Shown: positions 52,435-62,492, numbered from the stretch's first letter. The stretch: 64,000 nucleotides of DNA from a candidate division FCPU426 bacterium (GCA_963847625.1 CAWKAR010000060.1:1-64000); one strand, 5' to 3'. A program made the numbers and translations. Notes: a model not told the origin generated them from the sequence alone.

Positions 52435-53398
52435 CGAGGAAGGGAACTACTCTGTGCCCAGCGCCATAATCATCAAGGGACTTTCCAAGACCTATAAGAC
52501 CGGATTTTGGCTTAAGCCAAAAGTCACCCATGCCCTGAAATCCCTTACCCTCGAGATCCGTGAGAGGGAAGCTTTCGGGCTTTTGGGGTTGAATGGGGCC
52601 GGAAAAACGACCGCCATCAAGCTGGTCCTGGGCCTTTTAAAACCTACCACGGGTGACATCACGGTCTTGGGCGGGCGTATCTCGGACCGGGCGATCCGGG
52701 AGAAGGTCGGTTACCTGCCCGAGATGCCTTATTTCTCGAAACAACACACCGGGCGTGAAATCCTCAAGTACTTCGGTTCCCTCTACGGTCTTTCCGGAAA
52801 AGCCTTGTCCTACCGGGTGGACGAGGTGTTGGACCTAGTCCGGATGACGAATGCCGCCAACCAAAGGGTATCCGGATATTCCAAGGGAATGCAGCAGCGC
52901 ATCGGGATCGGCCAGGCCCTGATCGGAAAACCCCTCCTGTTGATATGCGACGAGCCTATGAGCGGCCTGGACCCTGTGGGTTACAAGGAAATGCGCGACA
53001 TCTTCCTGGACCTGAAAAAAACCGGAACAACCATTTTCCTGAATACCCATATCCTGGACGAAGTCGAGAGGATTTGTGACCGCGTCGGGGTCCTGCACGA
53101 GGGGGTCCTCGCGGATATGACCCCAGTCGCCAGCATCATGGAATCCTCGATCCCGGTTGATTACTGGGTGGACGTTCCTCCCACGGAGGCGGCCAAGCTC
53201 ATCGGAATGCCGTTCCAGGAATCCATCGCCAAGGCCGGTGGAATCCAGGTGGCGGGTTTGGTCCTCCCGGAAACACTCACCTTACTGACCGCCCGAAGGG
53301 CCGTCATCAAGGGTATCCGGCCCCTTTCCTCCCTGGTGGAGGCCTATTTCCTGAAAACCATCGGCGCCGTTTCATCCACGGCACCGGGGAGGCGCTGA
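52418..53398 (+). CDS. ABC transporter ATP-binding protein (PilH/XapD-like)
   Basis: GLNGAGKTT, YSKGMQQR and DEPMSGLDP. The start may be GTG 52454. Confidence 0.9.
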   Translation: MKWELDEEGNYSVPSAIIIKGLSKTYKTGFWLKPKVTHALKSLTLEIREREAFGLLGLNGAGKTTAIKLVLGLLKPTTGDITVLGGRISDRAIREKVGYLPEMPYFSKQHTGREILKYFGSLYGLSGKALSYRVDEVLDLVRMTNAANQRVSGYSKGMQQRIGIGQALIGKPLLLICDEPMSGLDPVGYKEMRDIFLDLKKTGTTIFLNTHILDEVERICDRVGVLHEGVLADMTPVASIMESSIPVDYWVDVPPTEAAKLIGMPFQESIAKAGGIQVAGLVLPETLTLLTARRAVIKGIRPLSSLVEAYFLKTIGAVSSTAPGRR

Positions 53399-53399
53399 A

Positions 53400-54176
53400 A
53401 TGAACCGAATCCTCAGGGTTTGCGGTTATACCTTCCGGGAACTGGTCCGAAGCAAGATGCTATACGTCTGGATCATCAGCGTGGTGGTGCTTTCCGGGCT
53501 GGCTTTCCTTCTTTCCCTTTTGAGTTTCGGGGAAGTCCATAAGATCTTCATGGACCTGGGGTTGGTGGGCATGGAGGTGACCGGTTTGATCGTGCTTTTA
53601 TTGAGCCTGGCCGTGACCTACTCGACCGACATGGACCAGAAGGCTATTTATCTCCAAATGGCCAAGCCGATCACCCGGGGTGAATACCTGATGGGCCGGG
53701 TCCTGGGCTTTTTCCTCGTGAACACCCTGGTGGTAGTTGGAATGGGCGCGATGGTCGTGTGCCTGGTTGTTTTTGTCGGGGGAGGCCAGGTTCCCCCTCT
53801 TTTTTACGCCTGCGCGGCCTTCACCCTCCTTGAATTATTTCTCCTGACGGTGCTGGGCCTGACCTTCCAGATGATCGCCACTTCCATGGTGGGTGTTTTT
53901 CTTTACACCTTTTTCGCTATTTTCCTGGGTCACTTGATCGGGGAGGTCCAATGGCTTCTCCAACAGCAATTGGCCCCGTTCCTGAGGCACCTTCTCCAGG
54001 TCATCTATTATTGCCTGCCAAACCTGGAAATTTTCAACCTCAAGGACCGGCTTTATGACCCCGCCCTCATCCTGGGCTGGCCGCAGTGGAGGGAAGTCCT
54101 CCTCTACACCTTCGCCTATTCCTTCGTGGTCTTCCTCATCGGATGGATCAACCTGGAAAAAAGGGAATTCCGTTGA
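53400..54176 (+). CDS. ABC-2 permease (PilI/XapB-like)
   Basis: TFRELVR, KPITR.EY..GR, YCLPNLE and multiple TMs. Confidence 0.88.
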   Translation: MNRILRVCGYTFRELVRSKMLYVWIISVVVLSGLAFLLSLLSFGEVHKIFMDLGLVGMEVTGLIVLLLSLAVTYSTDMDQKAIYLQMAKPITRGEYLMGRVLGFFLVNTLVVVGMGAMVVCLVVFVGGGQVPPLFYACAAFTLLELFLLTVLGLTFQMIATSMVGVFLYTFFAIFLGHLIGEVQWLLQQQLAPFLRHLLQVIYYCLPNLEIFNLKDRLYDPALILGWPQWREVLLYTFAYSFVVFLIGWINLEKREFR

Positions 54177-54202
54177 GGACCCAGCCGGTCTATAACCGGT
54201 TC

Positions 54203-54910
54203 ATGCGGTGGGCTCCGGTATTCCTCGTCGCCGCCTTTCTCGTCCAGGCGGTGCTCTCCCAACGCCTGCAATCCTGGGTCCACCCGGTCGCCTTTGATGC
54301 GGGGCAGGTCCAGCATATGGACAAAAAAACCGCCTCCACGGTCCGTGCGCTGGCGTTCCTGGGGGGCTTCAAGGTCCTGGTGGGTCACCTTTTTTGGATC
54401 CAGGTCATCCAGTATTACGGGGATATCGATAACTCCTTGGACCGGTACTCGAAATTATTCGATTACTGCAACTTGGCGTCGGATTTGAACCCGCAGTTCG
54501 TTCCCATCTACACCTACGGCGCGGCCGCCCTGGCCTTCCACCTGAAACGAATCGGCCAAGCCGAGGAACTTCTCCAGAAAGGAGTGACCAATAATCCGAA
54601 AGAAAACCGTTTGAAATTCATGATGGCGGCCATCCTTTACCAGCACGCGGAAAATTACGAGAAGGTGATCCCTTTCCTGGAAGCCCAGATTGAAAGGGGG
54701 GACGCGCCTGACATGCTGGTGAATATCCTGGCCAATACCTACATGAAAGCGAGCAAGTACGGCGACGCTATCCGCCTCTGGAAAAAAATTCTCCGGAATT
54801 CGGATACGGACCAGCAGAAGATTGAGGCTGGTGAAAAACTCCAGGAACTCTATATCACCATAAAAAAATTACAGCAAAATGTAACGACACAGGGGGATAC
54901 CGTTCCCTAA
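54203..54910 (+). CDS. TPR-like membrane-associated protein (PilG/XapA-like)
   Basis: N-terminal TM, LFWIQVIQYYG..LNPQF motif and helical repeats. The start is uncertain (TTG 54173 or ATG 54203). Confidence 0.7.
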   Translation: MRWAPVFLVAAFLVQAVLSQRLQSWVHPVAFDAGQVQHMDKKTASTVRALAFLGGFKVLVGHLFWIQVIQYYGDIDNSLDRYSKLFDYCNLASDLNPQFVPIYTYGAAALAFHLKRIGQAEELLQKGVTNNPKENRLKFMMAAILYQHAENYEKVIPFLEAQIERGDAPDMLVNILANTYMKASKYGDAIRLWKKILRNSDTDQQKIEAGEKLQELYITIKKLQQNVTTQGDTVP

Positions 54911-54987
54911 GTCCCAAAATACAAATTCGAAAGGGCAATCCAAACACACCCCTGTCTTTCACCCGAGCTTATCCACGAGGACTTTCG

Positions 54988-55941
54988 ATGATTCACCTCC
55001 TGACCTTAAACCCCGCCTTAGACCTGTTCCTGGGCCTGAAAGAGCCTTCCCAAGGGAAGATTGGGGAAGCTGGCTCCCCCACGGTTACTGCCGGGGGAAA
55101 AGCCCTGAATATCGCCCGTTTTATGGGAAAATGGGGGGTAAGGCACCGCGTTTGGCTTGGGACTGGAGGGGGTTCTGATCCCACCCATGTTCTTTACCGT
55201 GCCCTTCTGAAAAGGGAGGGAATCCCCGTAAGTTTCTTGAGCAAAACCGCCCGCATCCGCTGGAATGTGGTGGTTCACCGGAATAACCGCTCACAAAAGT
55301 ACAACCACCCCGGATACCGGCTGGAATCCAGAATTTTTTCTAATCTTAAAAACCAGGTCAGAAAAAATGATTACCTTGTTTTAACCGGCCGGCTTCCCCA
55401 GGGAATGAATACCTCGCTTTATGCCCATTGGATCCGTTTCTTTAACCGGAAAGGTGTTAAAACAATCGTGGACACCTCGGGTAAAGCGTTACGTGAGGCT
55501 TTGAAGGCTACCCCCTGGTTCTTTAAGATTAATCTTTATGAGCTGTCGGAGGCCTTGGGCCGAAGGATTACCCAACTGGGTCCTGTACCAGCCCTGGTGA
55601 AAAAACAGTTCCTAAAAAGGGGCCTTACCCATGGATCTGTTACGGATGGACCCCGGGGAGCGGTTATTTGGAGAGGGAAAGAAATTCTCCGGGTTGAAAG
55701 CACACTGAAGGTGAAAAACAACCTGGTGGTCGGAGCGGGAGACGGATTCCTGGCAGGTTACTTGAAAGGTTTTGCCGGCGGAAAATCTTTTATGGATTGC
55801 GCCCGTCTGGCTTCCGCCTCGGGGACAGCAGTAGCCTCGAAGGGAATTGATGGTTTCGATTCAAAAGGAGTTGTCTGGCAAATGAAGTTTGTTCACGTTA
55901 GTAAATTAAGAACTTTTAACAAAACTAAAGCTCTACTATGA
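54988..55941 (+). CDS. 1-phosphofructokinase family hexose kinase (PfkB)
   Basis: TLNPALD, AGGKALN, VDTSG and VGAGDGFLAG. Confidence 0.92.
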   Translation: MIHLLTLNPALDLFLGLKEPSQGKIGEAGSPTVTAGGKALNIARFMGKWGVRHRVWLGTGGGSDPTHVLYRALLKREGIPVSFLSKTARIRWNVVVHRNNRSQKYNHPGYRLESRIFSNLKNQVRKNDYLVLTGRLPQGMNTSLYAHWIRFFNRKGVKTIVDTSGKALREALKATPWFFKINLYELSEALGRRITQLGPVPALVKKQFLKRGLTHGSVTDGPRGAVIWRGKEILRVESTLKVKNNLVVGAGDGFLAGYLKGFAGGKSFMDCARLASASGTAVASKGIDGFDSKGVVWQMKFVHVSKLRTFNKTKALL

Positions 55942-56004
55942 ACAACTATTAATAAAATCAGTAATTCTTAAGTCTAAAAGGCGTCAAGCAAAACCTAATC
56001 CTTT

Positions 56005-56179
56005 GCCACGGATTCAGGGGATGTGCCGATTCACCCCTAAAGCAGTCAAGGAAATCGTTACTATACCGAACTTTCATTGAAAGCTTTAATGAGGTTCGGC
56101 ATGCATTTAGATTGGGCTAAGAAAAAAGGCTTTAAATATTTATGTTTATTAAATCCCATGAATCCCATGCATCCGTGGC
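56005..56179. repeat. REP/MITE-like element with terminal inverted repeats
   Basis: GCCACGGATTCAGGGGAT ... AATCCCATGCATCCGTGGC around an AT-rich core. Confidence 0.5.
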
Positions 56180-56283
56180 TAGGTTTATTTTGAACAGGTT
56201 AGAATTTTGTTAGTGTCTCTAAGTTGATCTACATACAAACCATAATGTTTAGTTAAACCGAATTCTAGTACCGGGAATAACTC

Positions 56284-57570
56284 TTGAATCTCGAAAACAG
56301 GGTCATCTATTCAGTCGCGGAAATAATCCAGACAGCCCGGGCGCTCCTGGAAGCCAAGTTCCCCCATGTGTTGGTGGAAGGGGAAATCGGCGAATACACC
56401 CTCGCCCCCTCCGGCCACATGTACTTCAACCTTAAAGACCAGAAGTGCGCCCTCTCCTGCGCCTTTTTCAAGGGCAACAACCAGGCCCTGGCCTTCAAGC
56501 CGGAAGCCGGAATGAAAGTCATTGCGGGGGGAGTCCTTACCCTTTACGAGCGCAACAGCAAGTTCCAACTCAACGTCCGCACCTTGGAGCCCAAAGGCGT
56601 TGGAGCCCTTCAAATTGCCTTCGAACAGTTAAAGAAAAAGTTGATGGAGGAAGGCCTTTTCGAGGAGGAGAGGAAGAAACCCATCCCGGAATTTCCCCAA
56701 CGGATCGCTTTGATAACCTCCCCGAGCGGAGCGGCTATCCAGGATTTTATGAAAATTTTGGAAACCCGGGTCGGGATCGAGGAAGTGGAGCTTTTCCCTG
56801 TGAAAGTACAAGGAACTGAAGCTCCTGGCGAAATTAAAGCCGCCATCGAGGAAGTATCCCGCCAGGCCTCCCATGATGTCCTGATTCTCACCCGCGGCGG
56901 GGGCAGCTTGGAAGATCTTGCCGCCTTTAATGACGAGGGGGTCGTCCGCGCCCTGGCGGAATGCTCCATCCCCACCATCAGCGCCATTGGACATGAGGTG
57001 GATTTCACCCTCTGTGATTTCGTGGCCGACCGCCGGGAGCCGACTCCCACCGCCGCCGCGTCCCATTTAACCCCAGGCCGGGATGAGATAAAGGACCAAC
57101 TCGATAACCTGCGCCACAGGCTCCAGGAAGCTTTGGGAAACAATATTGAGTTGAAGAAGCGCGACTTAAGAGAATTGTTGAAAACCTTGAGGGAACGCCG
57201 CCCGGCTTTCTTATTGGACCAAGCCAGGCAGGATCTTGATTCCCGGGTGGAGGAGCTAAAACAGCTTCTTCAGGACAATCTCCAGGAAAAACAACAACGG
57301 CTCAACCGACTCAGCGACATTTTGGCCCGGACCACGCCCCTGCAGTTAATCAAGCCTTACCGGGAACGGCTTCTGGGACTCCAAGCCCAAATGGAGGCCT
57401 ACCATCCTTACGGCCCCTTGAAGCGGGGTTATGCCATCGTGACCCAAAAGAAAACGGGGAAGATTTTAAGATCGCCCAAGGGCTTGGAAGCGGGGGAGAG
57501 GCTTCGTATCCGCCTCGAAAAAGGCTCTTTAGAATCGGATGTGGTTTCAACCGACCCCAATTCCCAATAA
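56284..57570 (+). CDS. xseA: Exodeoxyribonuclease VII large subunit
   Basis: VEGEI..SGHMYFNLKD, ITSPSGAAIQD, RGGGSLEDL and SAIGHEVD. Confidence 0.96.
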   Translation: MNLENRVIYSVAEIIQTARALLEAKFPHVLVEGEIGEYTLAPSGHMYFNLKDQKCALSCAFFKGNNQALAFKPEAGMKVIAGGVLTLYERNSKFQLNVRTLEPKGVGALQIAFEQLKKKLMEEGLFEEERKKPIPEFPQRIALITSPSGAAIQDFMKILETRVGIEEVELFPVKVQGTEAPGEIKAAIEEVSRQASHDVLILTRGGGSLEDLAAFNDEGVVRALAECSIPTISAIGHEVDFTLCDFVADRREPTPTAAASHLTPGRDEIKDQLDNLRHRLQEALGNNIELKKRDLRELLKTLRERRPAFLLDQARQDLDSRVEELKQLLQDNLQEKQQRLNRLSDILARTTPLQLIKPYRERLLGLQAQMEAYHPYGPLKRGYAIVTQKKTGKILRSPKGLEAGERLRIRLEKGSLESDVVSTDPNSQ

Positions 57571-57657
57571 TTTTCTGTACCGAGTTTCCCACCAGCATTG
57601 GCAATAACCCATTAAACGGAGCGGAACCCAGTACGCAGGGCTGGCCGCCCGAGGCTA

Positions 57658-57831
57658 CATGCCGACCTACCATAAAACTGTTCAGGGGTCGGTATAGTAC
57701 CGATTTCCTCCATTTATCCCGGCTATAGCCGGGACCAAAAATAGATAAATCGGCACAAGCCGCGAGGGCGAAGCCTGCCAGTGCATGCCAGCCCACCATA
57801 AAGCATTTAAAGTGGCTGGTATAGCACCGAT
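57658..57831 (+). repeat. Two direct copies of a ~48-bp REP-like palindrome
   Basis: CATGCC(GA/AG)CC-N~17-GG(TC/CT)GGTATAG(T/C)ACCGAT at 57658-57704 and 57784-57831. Confidence 0.75.
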
Positions 57832-57885
57832 CTCAATATCTTTTTAAGGTAGATCAGCGCAGATTTAAATGAAATCTGTGCCACG

Positions 57886-58920
57886 AACCCAGTGCAGGAG
57901 GTCGTGAACCCAGTTCCGGGAGTGGGCTAACCCAGTTCCTGGGGAGATAACCCAGTTCCGAGAATTGAGCTAACCCAGTTCCAGGGTCAGCAACCCAGTT
58001 CCAGAGGAGATAAACTGCCCACATTCCCGGTGGCATCCGTCGGCAAGGGGGATAAACTGCCCACATTCCCGGGAACACCCGTCGGAAAGGGGAGATAAAC
58101 TGCCCACATTTCCGGTGTCATCTGCCGGAAGGGGAGATAAACTGCCCACATTTCCGTCGGTAACCCAGGATAACCTGGTGACACCTACTATATAAACGGC
58201 TTGGAATCCATTAAACGGGACGGAACCCATTAAACGGAGCCGGGCGAATCCATTAAACGGAGCCGGGCTAATCCGTTAAACGGGACGGAACCCAGTTCCC
58301 GGGGTCACGAACCCAATACGCAGGAGGATAAACCGCCCACATTTCCGGGAACATCCATCGGAAAGAGGAGATAAACTGCCCACATTCCCAGTGTCATCTG
58401 CTGGCAGGGGAAGATAAACTGCCCACATTTCCGGTTCCATCTGCCGGAAGGGAGGATAAACCGCCCACATTCCCAGTTCCAAGGGGCACGAACCCAGTTC
58501 ACGGAGGGGCGAACCCAGTTCCGGAAGTGTGCTAACCCAGTTCCAGAGGAGATAACCCGCCCACATTTCCGTCGGCACCCGTCGGAAAGGGGAGATAAAC
58601 TGCCCACATTTCCGGTTCTATCTGCCGGAAGGGAGGATAACCCGCCTACAAACCCAGTGTCATTTGCCGACAGGGGGGATAAACTGCCCACATTCCCGGT
58701 GTCATCTGCCGACAGTGGGAGATAAACCGCCCACATTTCCGGTCATCTACCGACAGGGGAGGATAACCCGCCCACATCCCTGCCCGCAGGCGTCGGAGTC
58801 CTGCCCGCAGACGTCAGGGGTCCTGCCCGCAGAAACCGGTAGCCCTGACCGCAGATGCTGGGGGTCCTGCCCGCCGAGGTCGGTAGCCCTGACCGCACGG
58901 GCTGGATTCACTGCCCGCAT
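57886..58920. repeat. Composite phased repeat array (four motif families, ~21 and ~42-43 bp periods)
   Basis: AACCCAGTTCC, GATAAACTGCCCACATTYCC (14 copies), CCATTAAACGG and CCTGCCCGCA (7 copies), all counted directly in the sequence. Confidence 0.95.
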
Positions 58921-59077
58921 AGGGGGGGTAACTTGCCGCTACCCCTGAAAATCCATTGAAGACTCCTAATTTTTGGATTAAATCGGCTTTTTACCGTCTA
59001 TAGGGTGTGAAAAGAAATACCCCTTGTATATAGAACGTGGGAAAATTAGCTATATCCGGCTAAACGTGGACGGTCAA

Positions 59078-62000
59078 ATGATTAAGAAGAACGTATTCCG
59101 CAATAGGTTGCGTTTTTTAAATGCAGGTCTATTTGCCTGCGTCATCTTAGTTTTTGGAATGGGTTTGGTTGCCACAACCCATAACAGTTCTTTCCCCGTA
59201 ACAAAAAAATCCAATGCTTCTTCCAAAGCCCAACTTGATGCAGGCACTCGCTTGAAACTCAATCAGAATTACGGCCACATCCCCCTTTATTTCGAACCCA
59301 ATGAGGGTCAAACCGATCCTCAAGTTAAGTTCATTTCCAGGGGAAGCGGCTATACCTTCTTTATTACGCCCGCCGAAGCGGTATTTGTCCTTAAACATGG
59401 AGGGCCTAAAGATTTATCGCAGAAAACCGGAAGACTTGGTCATAAATTCCCAATTCCTAATTCCTCATTCCAAATTGGTTCTCCAGATGTTTTACGCCTG
59501 AGGCTCGAAGGTGGTAACCGCATGGCCGAATTCGAAGGGATGGAAAAGGCGGAAGGGAAGAGTAATTACTTTATCGGAAACGACCGTTCCAAGTGGCATA
59601 CCAACATTGCTAACTACACTAAAGTGAAGATAAAGGAAGTCTATCCCGGCATCGACATGGTGTATTACGGCGCGCAGCGAAAGCTGGAGTACGACTTCGA
59701 GGTTAAACCTGGAGCGGACCCAAGTGTCATTGGTCTCAGTAACCAGGGTGCCAAAAATGCTGAGGTGGACAGCCAAGGGAATTTGATATTCCACATGGCC
59801 CAAGGAGATGTGGCCTTCAAGGCTCCGATTGTTTACCAAGAACAAGGCGCTGGAAAAACCAAGATTGATGGCGCCTACAAGATTAGGGCGGACGGAAAGA
59901 TCGGTTTTGAAACGGGGAACTATGATAAAACCCTTCCCCTGGTGATCGATCCCCAATTAGATTATTCGACTTATTTGGGTGGAAGCTCAAGTGATCAAGG
60001 CTCAGCCATCGCTGTGGATGGGTCGGGAGATGCTTATGTGACGGGTGATACATATTCAATGGATTTTCCCACATCCAGTGGCGCCTATCAGACGGCATTG
60101 GGTGGAACCGGAGTTTCAAACGCATTTATTTCGAAACTGAATGCCACAGGAAGCGCCTTAATCTATTCGACCTACCTTGGTGGGAATGGGGGGGAATCGG
60201 GTCACGGTATCGCGGTGAATGGATCGGGGAACGCTTATGTGACGGGTTATACGACTTCGACGAATTTCCCCACTACCACCGGGGCCTATCAGACGACATT
60301 GGGAAGCGCTGGAGTCACGAATGCTTTTGTTACGGAGATTAATTCCTCTGGGAACGCCCTGGTGTATTCGACTTATTTAGGTGGGAGTGAAAGCGATTAT
60401 GGATGTAGCATTGCGGTGGATGGGACGGGGAATGCATATGTGACGGGCGCATCGGGTTCAAATTTTCCCACGACCACTGGAGCCTTTCAAACGGTTTGTA
60501 GTGGTTCTGCTGCTTTTATCACGAAACTAAATCCTGCGGGAAATATGCTGGTCTATTCGACTTATCTTGGCGGAACCGGAGGGGATATCGGTTTTAGCAT
60601 TGCATTGGACGGGTCGGGGAACGCGTATGTGACGGGATGTACGGGTTCAACGGATTTTCCAACCAGCAGTGGGGCATATCAGACAACTAATAACAGTGCA
60701 CCTGGAAACGGAAACGGTTTTATTACGAAGCTCAATTCCTCGGGGACCAGCTTAATCTATTCGACATATTTGGGCGGGAGTGGGGGCCTACAGGCCCGTG
60801 GCATCGCAGTGGATGGGACAGGGAATGTATATGTGACGGGATTAACAAACGGAAATTTCTCGGTTGGAGGCCCCATTGTAAATTTTCCCACGACCAGCGG
60901 AGCCTTTCAGACGGTGTTTGGTGGTGGTATTTTTAACGCTTTTGTTACGAAGCTTAATTCTATAGGAAGCGCTTTAGTTTATTCTACTTATCTGGGCGGG
61001 AACTTGGAGGATATTGGTACCGGCATCGTTTTAGATGGGTTGGGAGACGCTTATGTGACGGGCGATGCTGAATCATCGAATTTTCCCACGACCAGTGGGG
61101 CCTATCTGACGGCTAAGACCGGCAATATGTCTTTTTTGACAGAGTTGAATACGACAGGAAGCAACCTGATCTATTCAACATTATTGAGCGGGTCACAATG
61201 GTTTATTGAAGGAGGTGTCGCTTTAGACGCACAAGGCAATGTTTATGTGACAGGATATACATCATCAACTAATTACCCTGCGACAGACGGGGCTTATCAG
61301 ACGACTTTTGGAGGTGTTGAGGATGCTTATGTGGTCAAACTTGATGCTTCGGATTTTTATACTGACACCCCTACTATCACATCCACTATGACCACCACCC
61401 CAACCCCGACGAATTCCAGTACATCAACCGAAACACCTACCGTTACCTATAGTCCGTCGCCGACTAGCACCGCAACCGACACATCTACTGCCACAAACTC
61501 ATCCACGGTTACAAATACCTCATCGTCAACGAATACACCCACAGTAACCAACACCTTTACTTCAACAAGTTCCCCGTCGCCGACCAACACTTTTACTATT
61601 ACCAATACCCCGACGATTACTTACAGCCAGACTCCTACAAACACCTCAAGTAACACACCTACATCCGCAAATACATCCACCCCAACGAGCACTTACACGA
61701 TGACGGATACCCCAACCCCTTCTTTCACTCCATCCAATACGTACACGACCACACCAACCGGCACTCCCATGGAAACGATGACCCCAACAGTTTCAAATAC
61801 CCCGACCTCGACATCGCTTCCCTCCTGCGATGAGTTCTCCATCTCGAAAAACGCGTTTTTCCCGTCCAACGGGTCAGTATCGATCATTGTTTCCTATTGC
61901 CAGTATCCAGGCGCCTATTTCCTGGCGATTTATAATTCCGCCGGGGAACACATCAAAACTCTGGATGCGCGACATTTGGAAGGCCCGATTGCCACTTCTT

Positions 62001-62113
62001 ACTTTTGGGACGGTAGAAATAAATACGGTGATCCCTGCGCCAGCGGGGTCTATATTCTCTACCTCGTCGAGCCCTATAACCGCCAAATCAAAAGAATCCT
62101 TCTTCTAAAGTAG
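59078..62113 (+). CDS. Exported SBBP beta-propeller repeat protein with Thr/Ser/Pro linker and FlgD-Ig-like C-terminal domain
   Basis: FEPNEGQ N-domain, LVIDP, about seven YSTYLGG..IAVDGSGNAYVTG repeats, TPT-rich stalk and IYNSAGEHIKTL..WDGRN..ASGVY. Confidence 0.92.
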   Translation: MIKKNVFRNRLRFLNAGLFACVILVFGMGLVATTHNSSFPVTKKSNASSKAQLDAGTRLKLNQNYGHIPLYFEPNEGQTDPQVKFISRGSGYTFFITPAEAVFVLKHGGPKDLSQKTGRLGHKFPIPNSSFQIGSPDVLRLRLEGGNRMAEFEGMEKAEGKSNYFIGNDRSKWHTNIANYTKVKIKEVYPGIDMVYYGAQRKLEYDFEVKPGADPSVIGLSNQGAKNAEVDSQGNLIFHMAQGDVAFKAPIVYQEQGAGKTKIDGAYKIRADGKIGFETGNYDKTLPLVIDPQLDYSTYLGGSSSDQGSAIAVDGSGDAYVTGDTYSMDFPTSSGAYQTALGGTGVSNAFISKLNATGSALIYSTYLGGNGGESGHGIAVNGSGNAYVTGYTTSTNFPTTTGAYQTTLGSAGVTNAFVTEINSSGNALVYSTYLGGSESDYGCSIAVDGTGNAYVTGASGSNFPTTTGAFQTVCSGSAAFITKLNPAGNMLVYSTYLGGTGGDIGFSIALDGSGNAYVTGCTGSTDFPTSSGAYQTTNNSAPGNGNGFITKLNSSGTSLIYSTYLGGSGGLQARGIAVDGTGNVYVTGLTNGNFSVGGPIVNFPTTSGAFQTVFGGGIFNAFVTKLNSIGSALVYSTYLGGNLEDIGTGIVLDGLGDAYVTGDAESSNFPTTSGAYLTAKTGNMSFLTELNTTGSNLIYSTLLSGSQWFIEGGVALDAQGNVYVTGYTSSTNYPATDGAYQTTFGGVEDAYVVKLDASDFYTDTPTITSTMTTTPTPTNSSTSTETPTVTYSPSPTSTATDTSTATNSSTVTNTSSSTNTPTVTNTFTSTSSPSPTNTFTITNTPTITYSQTPTNTSSNTPTSANTSTPTSTYTMTDTPTPSFTPSNTYTTTPTGTPMETMTPTVSNTPTSTSLPSCDEFSISKNAFFPSNGSVSIIVSYCQYPGAYFLAIYNSAGEHIKTLDARHLEGPIATSYFWDGRNKYGDPCASGVYILYLVEPYNRQIKRILLLK

Positions 62114-62326
62114 ACTTGTTACTTGGTGGTCGCGATACCCCAATAGCCATATTGTCACAACCCAATTGGCTTAACGGGCTCCAAACGAACCCGTTAAAAA
62201 GCCGTTCTTCTTCGAACCCGGTGTTAAACCGGTCAAGGGACGGCCCTCCGCACCGCAGCGTAGGGCAGGGCTTCGGGTCGCCACTTGGACGGGGCATGCG
62301 CCGATTCACCATAAGACTGTAAGGTA

Positions 62327-62492
62327 ATCGGTGCTATACCGACCACCTTATAAGATTAATAGAAGGTCGGCATGGAACCCCGCCCACCCATTGGCCAGTT
62401 GGCCAAGGGCAGTAAAATTCACGAGTACACGGCTAGGCACTCTGGCATGCCGACCTTCAATAAAATTCTAAAGAGGTCGGTATTGTGCCGAT
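62327..62492. repeat. Inverted pair of the same REP-like palindrome
   Basis: The reverse complement of 62327-62374 reads CATGCCGACC..GGTCGGTATAGCACCGAT. A forward copy lies at 62446-62492. Confidence 0.75.

Noticed and set aside
58009..58780. CRISPR array
   Set aside because: The inter-repeat segments are only ~22 nt and are variants of one consensus, the repeats are degenerate, and there are no cas genes.
57854..58948. Short ORFs with MWAVYLP/GNVGSLSPL repeats
   Set aside because: Unit lengths alternate between 41 and 43 bp, so the same peptides appear in shifting frames. They are by-products of the DNA repeat.
59960..61830. DNA repeats within the SBBP gene as a DGR template or variable region
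   Set aside because: They are explained by in-frame propeller blades and the Thr/Pro linker. No adenine-specific TR/VR pair or reverse transcriptase was seen.
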